A stretch of DNA of 64,000 bases, taken from positions 71,131 to 135,130 of the forward strand of contig JAUCBJ010007488.1 in assembly GCA_032718475.1 (NCBI GenBank). Direction: 5' to 3'. The stretch comes from Nemertoderma westbladi (Eukaryota; Animalia; Xenacoelomorpha). Below the pieces are notes generated by a model. It did not search any database. It worked only from the letters and a program-made list of their open reading frames with translations, and was not told the origin of the DNA. Position 1 is the stretch's first letter; every line of letters starts with the position of its first letter. Positions 62,486-64,000 of the stretch are shown here, piece by piece. The position numbers were made by a program, and so were the translations under genes.

Positions 62486-64000
62486 TGTTCGCGCTTTTGA
62501 AGACCTTTAGCAGTTTAACCTGCCAAAATTTATATGTCTTTTAGTTAATTAAAACCACTTTAGCATACGACAATATTTTATGCTAATACGCAAAACATTA
62601 GCCGAAGGCAGCCCATGCGCGATCATTCACCCGATGGATCTACACCCGGGAGGCTGAATTCGGATGCTTAAATTGTATTATTGCAGTATAAGGTTGCAGT
62701 GTATACCTACTGTATTATTCGATAGATCGTTAATAATTAATCTCTGACAGATATTATTGGCTTTCGGGAAATATTAACAGTTCCTTTAGGACGTGGCGCT
62801 TTATCTATTTAAACAGAACTAAGACTTATACTAAAACGCAACGATACTGCTTATGATTGAAGTATAAAGCGTATTCTTTAGGAAATACTTTGTTACCAAT
62901 CACAATCATACACACTATTCTGCCGACCGTCAGTATATTTGATCACACATAAAGAGAGCAGCAATTGACTCACGTAGGGTCTGCTAAATAACATTGGATT
63001 CAATACACACCACATTAATATAAATCGCAATTGTTATGTATAGCCGGTCTCTCTAACCTGTAGTGTATCAAGAAAATTGGGAATTTGTGTGATTTATCCG
63101 TATTATCCAAAGAGCAATATTTCCATCAACAAATAGGTACAATTAATAACTGACGGTAAAATAACAGTACAAACAATATGATTAATGCAATTAAATTAAG
63201 TGAGCTTGTGAGTTCTTTCGATTCGATTGATTAATTAGGTAACAGTTTATACTTTCGATAATTTAAGCAGTTTACTAGAGTTCTTCCCAAAAGGCCGGTG
63301 TTTCTGGCTTAGACAGCAATAACAACAAAGTATCAAGTAAAAAAACAGTAAGACTGAACACTCTCCTTATGATCGGCCGAAAAGCTACACGTCGACAGGA
63401 AAAATCGCTCTGATTGGCTCAAGCCAAACAAAGAACTATGCGTCCAATGGATGTTTCCATGTCAGCAACCAGCTGTTAGATGTCGTAATATGAATCATCA
63501 CGGCTAAGCTGTGAAAGGTATTTGGTGCATTGCAGGTTTTTTGCCTTACCATGTCCGCTAAAACACGTATATAGCAGAATTACTTTTATGTCCATTAAAA
63601 CACCTGTAACGGTACCTTGCGGGCGAGGGGAATATATATACAGTTAGAGAACCTTTTTAGAGTATTCCAGCGCTTGGGGGGAAACTGGATTGCGAAGCAA
63701 AAGGGGCCAGTTATATCCCACAGAAGCTTTTACACCGCTCCCAGAAAATGGGATTTAAGTCTATAAAATATACAAAATCACAGTTTCTAAAATATAAAAA
63801 TACTCTAAACAGTTAGTCTTTCTTGCGCGGACGGCGTTTACGCAGTTTTTTAAAGCTAGCAAGAGTCCTTTTCTCTTTGGGGCGAGCCACTTTACGAGGA
63901 GGGCTATAACTCCTGGGTGAAGGGTGCAATATGATTGCATCAGAAGGTATGGGATTGCGATCGGTATATCCGCCGGTCGAAGTACCGGGTTGATTGACAT
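62486..64000 (-). mobile_element. 3' end of another BEL/Pao family copy: LTR type C (62486-63734), PPT and C-terminus of the accessory ORF
   Basis: TGTTCGCGCTTTTGAAGACC...AAGCTTTTACA, then CCGCTCCC. Positions 63735-64000 closely match 33719-33985. Confidence 0.92.

Noticed and set aside
57184-62500. Solenoid-like VVHSNTGNIN repeat protein
   Set aside because: Five frames are open and 28/29-bp units shift the frame repeatedly; this is a satellite.

Overview
Repeat-dense, AT-rich eukaryotic DNA, probably from an invertebrate animal, made almost entirely of nested transposable elements and tandem arrays. The main structure is a 33.4-kb composite BEL/Pao LTR retrotransposon on the minus strand (23621-57003, 5-bp TSD TAGCT). 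Its ~2730-codon gag-pol frame is broken by two in-frame stops and by a young, pol-less 6.85-kb LTR element (43360-50212, TSD TTTAT). It also carries an internal LTR from a diverged subfamily, a 7.8-kb 69-bp satellite that truncates the left LTR, and a degraded Cys/His-rich accessory ORF downstream of pol that does not look like env. Another family member starts at 62486 and runs off the window. Neither LTR element has a TGG-type tRNA primer-binding site; instead the bases at that position are complementary to a site inside the element's own LTR. The left 23 kb holds CRE-like and RTE-like non-LTR fragments, a tRNA-derived SINE head, piggyBac- and Kolobok-type non-autonomous elements, two foldback arrays, several minisatellites (one expanded from a CRE-like 3' end) and one candidate hemopexin-repeat host exon. 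Most ORFs in the supplied track are artefacts of tandem repeats.
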